From Vicugna vicugna (Eukaryota), in the NCBI GenBank assembly GCA_013265495.1, contig MU059256.1, positions 5,684,473-5,748,472 of the forward strand: a stretch of 64,000 nucleotides of DNA, in the 5' to 3' direction. How positions within the stretch are numbered: position 1 is the stretch's first letter; the number at the start of each line of letters is the position of its first letter. This document shows positions 49,047 to 59,639 of this stretch, one piece after another. Below the pieces are notes generated by a model. That model ran no database searches, was not told the DNA's origin, and worked only from the letters and a program-made list of their open reading frames with translations. The translations under genes and the position numbers were made by a program.

Positions 49047-49186
49047 NNNNNNNNNNNNNNNNNNNNNNNNNNNNNNNNNNNNNNNNNNNNNNNNNNNNNN
49101 NNNNNNNNNNNNNNNNNNNNNNNNNNNNNNNNNNNNNNNNNNNNNNNNNNNNNNNNNNNNNNNNNNNNNNNNNNNNNNNNNNNNNN
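49047..49186. other. 140-nt N gap in the interval where ABR exon 21 (ALSDPAAKENC...EHLKR, about 106 nt) is expected
   Basis: Exon 20 ends in phase 1 and exon 22 starts in phase 2, so an exon is required; none found elsewhere in 48137-51321. Confidence 0.85.
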
Positions 49187-49397
49187 CAAGTCCGGGGGAA
49201 GAGGGCGGGGCACCATGGGAGGCTCCAGCTGGGGAGGACACATCCGCTGGGGGACCCATGTCCTTGGCACTTCCTCATGGGTGCTGGTCTCTGCTGGGCC
49301 ACCAAAGCAGGGTGAGAGTTTGCTCGTCAAAATCTTGCATTCAAATTCTCCTGTTCTGAGAAATACTTGCATCCTAATGGCAACCTCAAATATTGGC

Positions 49398-49627
49398 CAG
49401 ACTGCTCAGAAAGTAGGGCTAGAGCCAAGGACTATGGGTGAATTTTACAGTGAGAGGCTCATTCAGTCCACTTGGTGTTTTTTAAATGGAACAGAAGAGA
49501 CAGCATCAGGGTGCACTGTGAGCAGTGGGTGTGCACATTCTGTTCGGTATGTATGCTGCGTGTACTGGATGATCATGTAAAACGTGTATTACTATGGGTC
49601 ACAGTCCAAAAACTTTGAAGCCTGCTG
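49398..49627. mobile_element. Non-autonomous hAT-like MER (about 230 bp)
   Basis: cagactgctcagaaag ... gggtcacagtccaaaaactttgaagcctgctg ends; family not assigned. Confidence 0.5.
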
Positions 49628-50251
49628 GTGTTGACCCACACCTCATCTAATAGACAGGGAATCCAAGTCCCTAGCCTAACAGGGACTTACTTGGGGTTAG
49701 CAGCAGCTCTGTCCTGAGGATCCAGATCTCCCAAATCCTAAACTATGGCCCTTCCCGCCTTCTCCCGCCCCTTCTGTAGCCCGGTCAGACTAAGAGCTGC
49801 TAAAGTTGACGCCTGCAGCAAAGTTCTGAACTGACGCCAGCCCTGACAGTGACCTTGTCACTCACTTTTGAGCCCAGACCAGTCCCAGGTGTAAGTGGGG
49901 AGGAAAAGTCCCCGGGTGCCCCTTAAATCCACTTGTCACCCAGGACTGGGGAGCCGGCGGAGAGGGGCCACGAGCCCTCAAGCCCAGGCGCCCGGCAGTG
50001 GCTGAGCCACACCAGGCCAGGCTCGGGGGGCCTGCGGGACCTGGGAACGCCTGGGCTGCTGTCTTGTTTTTCCCATTATGAGACATTTTCCCTCTGGTTT
50101 GGCCAGGACCGAAGTCCCAACCAGTTCCCAAATAGTTTGGCGAGTGCTGTGGGGAGGACACACAGAGGAGTGGGAAGGGAAAATTCATTAGGTTTTCCAC
50201 CCTGGGAATCGGGCACAGTCTGTTCCCACATCTGGGCCCCTGGCCGGGGCA

Positions 50252-50287
50252 TGTGTGTGTGTGTGTATGTGTGTATTTGTGTGTGTG
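50252..50287 (+). repeat. Imperfect (TG)n microsatellite
   Basis: tgtgtgtgtgtgtgtatgtgtgtatttgtgtgtgtg. Confidence 0.9.
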
Positions 50288-50837
50288 GTGAGGGGCCGGG
50301 CCAGCTGCACAGCTGCCTCCTGGCATGGCAGTGTTTGCCCGTTTCCAAAGCAGCCAGCAGGCACGTCCATGGCTCCTGCCTGGAGGGTGGAACACTGGTG
50401 GAGCGGGAGTCGGGTGAGAGGTGCTGCATGGGGCAGTCAGGTCTCACCCAGGAACATTGCCTTGGACTAGGGGAGGCCCAGGGCCTCTCTGATATGTTGG
50501 GTGGCACTGAGCCTGCCTGGACACCAGCCACAGATGGTAGCCCCTACTGTCACTCAGGAGAAATATCTACAGAGCATCTGGCCTATTGTGCAAGGGAAGC
50601 AGAGGAAGACCCAAAGGGAGGAAGCTCTGGGGTCCCATGAGGCAGACCCTTCTGGAAAGGTGCGGGAGAACAGCCCCTGGGCTCCATCTGGGATTAGGGA
50701 TGTTCTGCCACAGCACAGCAGGCAGGGCCTCAGGCCTAGTCAGCCACTGCTGACTAGGGGCCCCTGCCCCGCCCTGCCCACTCTGACTGTCCCTCCAGGC
50801 CCCTCCCCAGCTGGGCTGACCTGGGGCAATGCCCAGG

Positions 50838-51010
50838 GTGGTGAAGAGCTCGGGCTCTGGAGGCCGCTGCCTGGTTCAGACCCCAGCTCTACCACTTGCT
50901 AGCTGGGTGACTTTGGGCAAGTCACTTAACCTCGTTGTACTTTCCTTCCTTCATCTATACAGGGGAGATGATAATATAGCTACCCAAAGGCTTATGATGA
51001 GCGTGAATTA
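50838..51010 (+). mobile_element. MIR SINE (well preserved)
   Basis: gagctcgggctctggag..ccagctctaccacttgctagctgggtgactttgggcaagtcacttaacctc. Confidence 0.9.
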
Positions 51011-51321
51011 TTATAGGGGAAGTTCCTGGACCAGTAATATCAACTCTAAGGCAAGGGAATTGGAGTGGGTCCTTCTGGCTCTGACAGTTTACCATCAGTT
51101 CAGAGGGTGGCCCAGGGGCTGGGAATCTGTTGTTGGAAGGTACTGGGACATAGCTGGGAACTTGGTCCCTTGGCTTAGTCCGCTCCCTACCAAGCGGTCT
51201 CTCCCCTTAGAAGACGGAGGCTGGTGACCACCTCTGGGAATCTTTCCAGGAGCTGTTAACAGCCAATGGTCTGGAGCCCCGAGTGGCTGCCAGAAATGAC
51301 TTCTTTCTCCCTCCCTTTCAG

Positions 51322-51469
51322 GGTTGCTGAGAAAGAACCCATCAACAAAATGTCCCTTCACAACCTGGCTACCGTGTTTGGCCCCACGTTACTGAGACCC
51401 TCAGAAGTGGAGAGCAAAGCGCACCTCACATCAGCTGCCGACATCTGGTCTCATGATGTCATGGCACAG
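51322..51469 (+). CDS. ABR: ABR exon 22 (RhoGAP): (R)[49 protein letters not shown]
   Basis: ctttcag / gtacct; 148 nt; NKM..NLA.VFGP motif. Confidence 0.97.
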
Positions 51470-52113
51470 GTACCTCCGGCGCTGCCCGGGCCTGTGGCAG
51501 GCGGAGGGGAGAGACCAGCCCCCGAGGGGTGGAGAGAAAACAGTTCGGAGTCCAACACCTCTCCCCTCCTGAGCAGCTGGGTGGATGGTGTGTAGGATGT
51601 CACCAGGGAGGCAGGGCCCTGGAAAGTCCGCCCCTCCAAGACCAAACCAAGAAGTATGAGCCTAGACCAGGGACCCAGAGATTGTCTGCCCTGGGTGCTG
51701 GCTGCAATCCTGGGAGTGCCTGGACCCCAGAAAGCAAGCTCAGCGGTATTGGAAAAATCTGGGGCCTTGTCCTCATGCTCGGAAACTCTAGGACTGCTTC
51801 CGAGGTCGGGAAGCTTCCCTGGGAGCCCTGCAAGACCCAGGAGAGGGTCCAACCTAAAACAGGGCTGCCTAGCCAAAGCCAACCTCTGGAGCCGGTTGGA
51901 AGTTTATGACTGAGGTTGGGGAAGTGGCCTCAGGCACCCCACCCACTACCCTGCAGCGCCCTCTACTGCTGCAAATGGGCAGCCACCCTGGGCTAGAAGC
52001 AGGCAGCCTGAGGGGGAGGGGAGCAACACAGAACCCATCGCCAAGACCATTTCTCCTCAGAGGAGGGCCTCCAGGGCGAGGGCCCCAGGCTCAGTGTCCC
52101 GTGTCTCCCACAG

Positions 52114-52203
52114 GTCCAGGTCCTCCTCTACTACCTGCAGCACCCCCCCATCTCCTTCGCAGAACTAAAGCGGAACACACTGTACTTCTCCACCGACGTG
52201 TAG
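52114..52203 (+). CDS. ABR: ABR last coding exon 23: [29 protein letters not shown] (C-terminal PDZ-binding STDV)
   Basis: cccacag acceptor; TAG stop at 52201-52203. Confidence 0.97.
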   Translation, partial: VQVLLYYLQHPPISFAELKRNTLYFSTDV

Positions 52204-54629
52204 CCTGAGGTGGGAGCAGCTGTGGGGGGTGGCCCGAGCCAGCCTCTCCAGCAGGGACCCAACACAGACTTGAAGGACTACAATAGAAAACTTCCAAACC
52301 CAGTGCTCCAGACTCCAAGGGACACAGATTTCCAAGAACTGGAAGACGTGCATCTTTTGTGCCACCTTGTACAAAGCCAGCTGCCCCAGCCCCAGCCTCA
52401 CCGCACACCCTGGGCTCTGCCCTCTGCACCTCTAGTTGTGTCTAATGCTCCGTGCCGTTCGGGAATTGTTTTACGTCTGTTTGTCATGCAGAAAAGGTAG
52501 TGACCGACCTGGTGCGGGCACACAGACAGCCTGCTTTGTTCTTTCATTTCCTCCAACACTTTCCTCCAGAGTCCAGTCCAAGGGCTTTTCTTTTGCACTG
52601 TAACTGTTGCCAGCTTCTCCTCTCTTGGCCCTGCTCCCAGATCGCCGTCTCCTGGCAGCCTCCCCTCGGCCTTCCCCTACCCTCTCCTCCCTCCCGGCCT
52701 GCCCGCATGCATGTGCAGCCTTGGTTTTTGATCCGTCACCTGGAAAGTTCTGAGGAGGCCCTGGGTGGCAGTGGTGGCTGGTCAGATGCCGCCCCCTGGC
52801 CCTCTTGCCCTCCTCCACCCGTGGAAGCGCACCTGCTTGGCCTGGCCGCCTGTGCAAATGTCGGACAAGGAGACAGGCTCACACTAATCCTCAGCTTAGC
52901 ACAGGCTGGAGAATGGATTTCTGGGATTTTCCACCTGAGAGCCTCCATTTCTGGGGTTTATCTGTTCTGTCTCCAGTAGCAGTGAGGCATCTTTGACTGT
53001 TTCTTCTACTGCTTTTCAGTTCCTTTTACCCTGGTGGTAGATTTCCTTTGAGAGTAAAGACTCACAAGTGACCTGCTATCATGGTAGCCGGCGGTCAGGA
53101 AAGAATCGAGGGAGATGGGAGAGTCGGGCCACTGAGGAAACAGGACAGGCTGGATGTTCAGAGGAGCGCCACGGGGCGCTGGGGGTCCTAAGTTGGGGGG
53201 CAGAGGCTCTCAGCAGCAAGGAGTTGTGGCTTTTCTAGGGGAGCCAGGCTTCTGGGAGGGCAACTACTAGGGCTGAACAGGTGTCCTGAAACAGGCAGGC
53301 TCTGTCCAGGGGGGAGCCCTTCCTGGTGGCTCATGCACCTCGTGGTACCTTTGCCTTAGATTTTACACTTTCTCCACAGCCAAGCACTGCCATGGGGCAG
53401 CCCCCACGGCCACGTGTGCGCCAGGGCCTGGGACAGGTAGGCACAGTCCAGCAGTAGCCAGCCGTCATGGTGCTGCCTCCTTACCCCCAGCTTCTTGGAT
53501 GCAGACTTTTGGGGTAACTGCGAAACTCTAGAAGTTGGGGAAGAATGAGGAGTCACAGGCACGGTCCTCTCTGGGAACTGGGTTTTGCAGGGAACCCTTG
53601 TTGTTGACATTCAGGGATCAGCAGGTTCCCTTCCCAACTTTGAGACCCACTGCTCAGTCTGGAAAGGAGTGAGAAGTAGCCCCAAAGCGCAGTCTCTTCC
53701 CACTGAGCAGCAGCGGCTGTCCTGTGGCAATTGGCCTGGGAGGGCAGTCACTTGGGGCTGCAAGGGCTTGAGCCGCAGTGCACAGCTCCCTGGCTCTCCT
53801 CGGTGGTGACGAAGACCTGATTCAATTCCCTTGGGATTGGAGAGAACAGCTCCCCTAGCTTGAGATCTGGGCTGTTTTAAAAGAAGCTGTGGCACTTGCT
53901 CAGTGAGGGGAAGGGCGCTTTCTCATCTTGTTTACACCTGATGCCCAGTCGTGGGCAGAATGGTACATTCTGTGCAAGCTGGAGGAAAGAGATGCGTAAG
54001 AGGAGGGAAATACTGACCCCCTGGCGCCTATTAGCAGCTCAGCAAGGAGCCCTGCTCCCTGAGACAGGAGGTGGAGAAAGAATGCCACCTGAGTCTAAAG
54101 ATCCCCATGTCTGACCATCCCTGGAGTCTGTTCGGCGCTCAGGAGCTGGTGTGTGGCATGGAAGTCTTTGCTTCCAAAGCCACTGACTGGAATGAACTGG
54201 AGGCCCAGCTAGAGCTAATTACAGTGCCTCCCACCTCCCCCAAAATAAAGGGATGTTTGCTTCTCAGCATCAGGTAGCTACTGCAGTCCCCAACCTTGCT
54301 TAGGCCATATGAGAATGGGAGGAAGGCTGGAAGGGCTAAGAAATGCAAAAGGCTCAGAATATTTATAAATTCCACCCCCAGAGTGGGGAGGGGCAGGTAC
54401 CAGACCTGGACTAAAGCTGCACCAAGGAAATAGCCCATGGGTTCTCCTGAGAGACAGGGACTGTGCAGCCCAGAACCCCCAGCCACTGTGCCCAGGAGGG
54501 CAGGCTGTGCCAACTGGAGCCCAGCAGACAGGCTACAGGAATCCCGGGTGCCTGTCCTTGCTGGAAATGGCTGTGGGCTGCCGGCGTTTGCTGATACAGG
54601 TAGGATGGGACCCTTCATTCATATTTGAC

Positions 54630-54635
54630 TTTAAT
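54630..54635 (-). terminator. TIMM22: Candidate distal TIMM22 polyA signal (ATTAAA on -) inside the ABR 3' UTR
   Basis: tttaat on +. Confidence 0.45.
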
Positions 54636-54731
54636 AAGTTGGTAAGGATATATTTTTCTTTGGTCTATGTTCTGTTTCAACTTATGTAGATTATTATAAA
54701 ATGATGTAAACCACGTGAAGAGGAAAATGTT

Positions 54732-54737
54732 AATAAA
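54732..54737 (+). terminator. ABR: ABR polyadenylation signal AATAAA
   Basis: gttAATAAAaaaatgc, downstream of a U/A-rich stretch. Confidence 0.75.
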
Positions 54738-55258
54738 AAAATGCAAAGCCCCAACATTTGCACACAACTCAGCCCTGTGGTGTGGACGTTTGTGTTCTCA
54801 GGAGTCCAGGGAAGACCACCAATCTAAATATTTAACTCTTCCAGCTGCATCCAGATGTGAGTTTCCAAGAATCTATTTACCTAAACTACCCCCTGCACTT
54901 CCCTGAGGCCTGTGGGGACCATGGCAGTTTTGGGGGAGGTGAACCCATGCCCTCTCCTTGCTCTTTCACAAATGCCTCCAGGTCAGTCACCAGACAGTTC
55001 TCTTCACAAAATACAAATGCCCCACCAGGGACCTGGCCATCAGTATGCCTCAGACAAGTGGCAGGAAGCTGTCCATTCAAATGGACGCTCATTTTACATA
55101 AACTTCGCTACATTCTCCTTGGAAGTGGCAGGTCTTTGGGGCAGCCTTTTGCCTAATCTGCTTGTTGGAGAGGCTAGGTCCCCTAGAGGGCCCAGTCTCC
55201 CTTTAGAGAGTGAGTGGGGTTAACGCAGGCTCCCACCAGCCTAAGCCACTGGACACTG

Positions 55259-55264
55259 TTTATT
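55259..55264 (-). terminator. TIMM22: Candidate TIMM22 polyA signal (AATAAA on -)
   Basis: tttatt on +; the first canonical hexamer I found downstream of the TIMM22 stop. Confidence 0.5.
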
Positions 55265-57176
55265 CTGGAGATCAGGAACAGATGTCTCTGAAAATCGGTG
55301 TTTGGTTTATGAGCTCATACTGACTCCTTAGCCATCTAAAACAGGAAACTATTCATCTCCTCTCTCTGACTGAAGAGTCAATATGGACAATGCTTGGCTT
55401 ATTGTACTGATGGCCACTGACAGCCGAGGGTTCATCTTTTCCAAGGCAGTTGTGAGTGTAGCATCTCTTGTACTCAGTCATTCAGCATATCGGACCCCAC
55501 GCACTAGACTGGATGGCAGAAGGGGCGTGCATCCTAGCACTTTAACAGGTACCGAGTCCAAGTGTTTGCTCTTGCTCTAAGTGCTTATAGATGACTTATT
55601 TAGGGATAATATAGGAAACGCTCCTAAATTTGTTCTCAGACCTCCTAGGATACTCCAGCCAGCCTAGCAGCAGTGGAGCCTCATGACTGAGACTGGGACA
55701 GGCATTATATAGAATTCACCACAGAAGGACATGAGCCTTGTACTCACATTCATTCCAAGGGAACAGCAGACATGGCAGAGGAAGGTGTCACCAGCTGGGC
55801 TTGACATTATCACACACACACTCAAGACGTCTGGATGGTTCGGCTCAGTCTGAATTCTGGTTAAGGGTGGGTAAGCCAGAAGACAGACAAGGAAAGAAAG
55901 CCAAAAGAAGGCAAAGGAATGACTATCCAGTAAAATAAAAGAGCTGTTACCACTGGCTGAAGGTGGCCCGAATTACATGGCCCCCACCAAGCTACCTGCC
56001 TGTCACCAAGAGCAAAAGCCAGGTTCATCTCCACCCCACCGCCAAAGCACTGGAGTAAAGCAGCACCTGCGGCAGACCCCGACTGTAAAAGGCTGGGCTT
56101 TTGCCTGTGGCGCACAATGAGGCTGAGCTGCAACTGTCAGAAAAAGGCCACCAGATCAACTCAAAAACACGTGTTCAAGGGGGAAAAAAACCACTGGCAC
56201 CAGAGAAAAAGGGTACCAGTGAACAGCTCCTCAACAATGCCTGATCGTAGCCCACAGCTCCTGGGATTTAGTCACCACGATGATCACAGCAGGACCTTTC
56301 ACATGTGTCCTTGACCAGGGCCTGGTCCAGCAGTCACAGCATACCACCACCGTGTGGTTCAGACGGCAGGCATTCCTATCGGCCAGCACACAGGAGGGTT
56401 TTTTAGAAGAGGCTGGTAGGGGTTATTCATGGAATTTCAATGTATCCTAGGACATGGCAAGGCTGGGCTTCTTTGTGGGGAAGGCCCTGGCCAATGGGAC
56501 AATCTCAGTGAGGATACTACTGTACAGACCCTGAGACTCCCACACTCCCAGAATTCTTAGGAGCTTTCTCATGGTTTCCCTTTGGATATTAATCTTTGGG
56601 CCATCTAGTACCATTTTTGGGAACTATGAAATTTGAAAATAAAAATAAACCAACCATTTAAACTGTAATATAAATATATATATATTTTTAACAAGGATAG
56701 CAGAATGCTAAACAAAATGACATAATTGGTCAGACGGCGTAAACTTTGCCCTGCCCTGATGTGTGAGATGGATGACTGCACGGACGTCCAAGGTAGAAGA
56801 GCTTCCAGGGTATGTAAAGTGCCCTCTGTTCCCACAGCGCCAAACAACCAGGGGGCCAGATGTGGTCAGGACTGAACCTCTGTGGAACTCAATTCCTCCA
56901 AGTCAACACACTGACTCCTGAACTGCCCGCGAGAGAGAGGAGCTGGCATGGCATACATCCCACACACAGCCTGGGGAGTCCAGGAGCAGAGAGTGTGGCC
57001 GCTCAGAGGCTGGAGGCAGATTGAAGCCAGGCGGTTCCTGCATGACACCAACTATATAAGGAAAAACCAATGTCTTCAGTCTCTGAAGCCAGTGCCCTGG
57101 AGCAGAGCAGAAACCGCCCTCCACAGAACAGCTCTGATCCTGGGCTGGCACTGTCCTTCTCTGGAGGCAACTGCTC

Positions 57177-57253
57177 TCACCGTAGGTAATAATCGATCGC
57201 AGCAGAGAAAGCAGCAAAACCTCCACAACCAATGACCCCAGCCTTTAAGCCAG
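57177..57253 (-). CDS. TIMM22: TIMM22 exon 4: (A)GLKAGVIGCGGFAAFSAAIDYYLR*
   Basis: tttacag acceptor on -; TGA at 57179-57177. Confidence 0.97.
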
Positions 57254-58253
57254 CTGTAAAGCAAACAGAGATGACATTACCTGTGGTGAGAGATGCCAGT
57301 ACCGGCTGCATTCAGGAAAAGTTTGCACACCCATAGATGCAAAGAAACCATCATGTTCTAAGTCTTTCAACTTAGCAGAGAGCTGGGAGACTTCGATGAC
57401 GCTGTGCACACAATCTGATCCAGTGTGCTTTTATCTAACTGTACGTTCATTTTGCTTTTCTCATTCTAAAGAATGACTATTTCCAGTCTCATGAAAGTAG
57501 CCCCTCACAGGCATGAAACTGGTTAAGAGAACCAGTCCTTGGAATCAAGTGAAAGCATATGGCCTGTTACCCTGATTTGTTTATGGAATAAATTCCTGGG
57601 AAGGTGATCAAAGCAATTCTGGAGGGATCTGAGCCTCTCAAAGACCCTGACAAGGCTGAGAGATGGGAAGACCAAAGAAGGAGTTACCCTATAAATCACA
57701 AACGGCTGTTTGAGGAGTAAAAACAGGTTTTAATGATAGCAAATCACCCCTCCTCTCAAAAAATGAGAAAATAGGCTTTTTGCTTTGGCTAAGTCTGGGC
57801 ACAGCAGCTGAAAAGTGGCCCAGCAATGGGGACCGTTAGGAAAGTCAAGTCACTGACGCACACCAACAGGGAGAAGGGGCAGGGAAGCTGTTTCTTTCTT
57901 CGTTGTTTACAGCTGATAATCCAACATTTCTAGAACACCTATATTTGGCTTTCAAGCAGTAAAAATCTAAGAATCCTAAACTGCAAAAAGACATTACTGT
58001 GATAACTTATACACAAAATTAAGGTGACAATTGTATAGTAATTAAAAAAAAAAGTCTAACTGTTTGAAATGCACAGAGCTGAAAGTTCAGCAGAGCCCAC
58101 TATTTGGACAGCAGGCCTTCCAGGGCTGCATGAGGCCCAGCTCTGCTTCTCTACTACCCTGCATAGCAACGTACTCCAGAAGTTACTTATTGTGAGGATA
58201 GTCTCCTTTATTTCCCATGTGGGGGCAGCTTTCTAAGACAGGTCTGGATCTAT

Positions 58254-58471
58254 TTATGGTTCTCACCTTGGGGGTGACTCTGTCCCCCAGGGACATCTGG
58301 TGATGTCTGGGGACACTTTTAGTTGTCACAACTAAGGGATGCTACTGGCATCTAGTGGGTAGAGGCCAGGGATGCTGCTAAACATCCTACCAATGCACAG
58401 GACAGCTGCCCGCTCCCAGCAAAGATTCATCTGGTCCAAAATGTCAACAATGCCAAGGATCAGAAATCCTG
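58254..58471 (+). mobile_element. Near full-length MER20 in TIMM22 intron 3
   Basis: Close to the MER20 consensus throughout; flanks atctattt / atctagat resemble the NTCTAGAN hAT target. Confidence 0.92.
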
Positions 58472-58658
58472 ATCTAGATACTAGAAGTTTCCAAAACTGA
58501 GTTAACACAGAAGCACACATGATTTCCTTGTCAGAAGGGAAGAGAATCCAGTATTTGCATATGCCTTGCGCTGTCCCTGGAACACTCATGTTTGAAATGT
58601 CAACTTCAGCATGTTGTTCAAGGCCACATAGAAAACCGTTTGGGAACTGTTTACTAAC

Positions 58659-58731
58659 CTCTGAAACCAATGGCTCCTCCAGTGATGCAGCCACTAATGA
58701 CACTGTTCTTCCAATCTGATTTTCCCCGGTA
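58659..58731 (-). CDS. TIMM22: TIMM22 exon 3: YRGKSDWKNSVISGCITGGAIGFR
   Basis: cccgcag / gttagt on -; 73 nt. Confidence 0.97.
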
Positions 58732-59237
58732 CTGCGGGTGGAGAAAAGCAGTTCAGAGCCAAAGAAATAAGCCAGACAAGATGATTAAGGAAAACACACA
58801 CACACACAAAACAGGGTTTCAAGCTGGCTAATTCAGTCCCTCCCCATAGGAAACTTAATCTTTTTCTTTTTCAAAAGTATAGTTCCTAAAATTTGAATGT
58901 GTTCACTAACGCTTCCTGAAGGTGTCCTAGAGCACTGAAACCAAGGGCAACATTTGAGAAGTAATCAAAATCTCTTCTCAAGTTCCCCAATAAGTTTCAT
59001 GTTTAAAATTATTAACATACTAGCCTACAACTTCTAGCCTACAAAAACAAGTAAAAAATAATGCAAGCCCCAATCATTAGCGCACAAAAAATTTGCTTTA
59101 GGGACTATTTAACGGAAATTGAATCTAACAAGTATTGGACATTTCTGATCTGCTTTCTAGTAACATTAAGAGCATTTCTCCTGAGAAGTTGTAAGATGAA
59201 AACAGGCAAGGCTTTCTCAGAAGGCAGGGACACTTAC

Positions 59238-59434
59238 AGATTCTACCAAACACTCAGTGCAAGAAAACATGGCGCCCACAATGGCAAAATTTTTGGCGTA
59301 GGACATTCCTCTCTGCCCCATGTCCTTAAGAACTTCTTTTGCCGTCGGTGTACGGTAAGGATCCTTAGGGTCAAAGCCCACATTGGTATCAATGCCAGCA
59401 GTGAACACCCCAAATGCACCTCCCAAGACAAATC
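59238..59434 (-). CDS. TIMM22: TIMM22 exon 2: (G)FVLGGAFGVFTAGIDTNVGFDPKDPYRTPTAKEVLKDMGQRGMSYAKNFAIVGAMFSCTECLVES
   Basis: ttttag / gtaagt on -; 197 nt; lies inside ORF 59217..59471. Confidence 0.97.
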
Positions 59435-59639
59435 CTAAAAACAAACACAGAGATGAAGATTTCTTTGGCATGTTTTCTGGATTACTGTAATGGGGTCAAA
59501 CTCAAACAGCACTTTTTTTGTTGTTAACTTTTAATTTGACAAATGGCACCTTTTGGATGGCCGCCAGTGAAAGGAACACCCACCCCCTTGCCTCACAAAC
59601 TCTCCACCTGCCTGGTACTACATACACAGTCCAGGTTCT

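Larger units (their letters stand above)
52204..54760 (+). other. ABR: ABR 3' UTR (about 2.55 kb)
   Basis: From the stop codon to an AT-rich terminal block containing AATAAA; exact end inferred. Confidence 0.75.

Noticed and set aside
6506-49186. ABR as a pseudogene or exon-deleted gene
   Set aside because: The missing exons coincide with exon-sized N gaps, and all 14 visible exons are intact with correct phases and a normal stop
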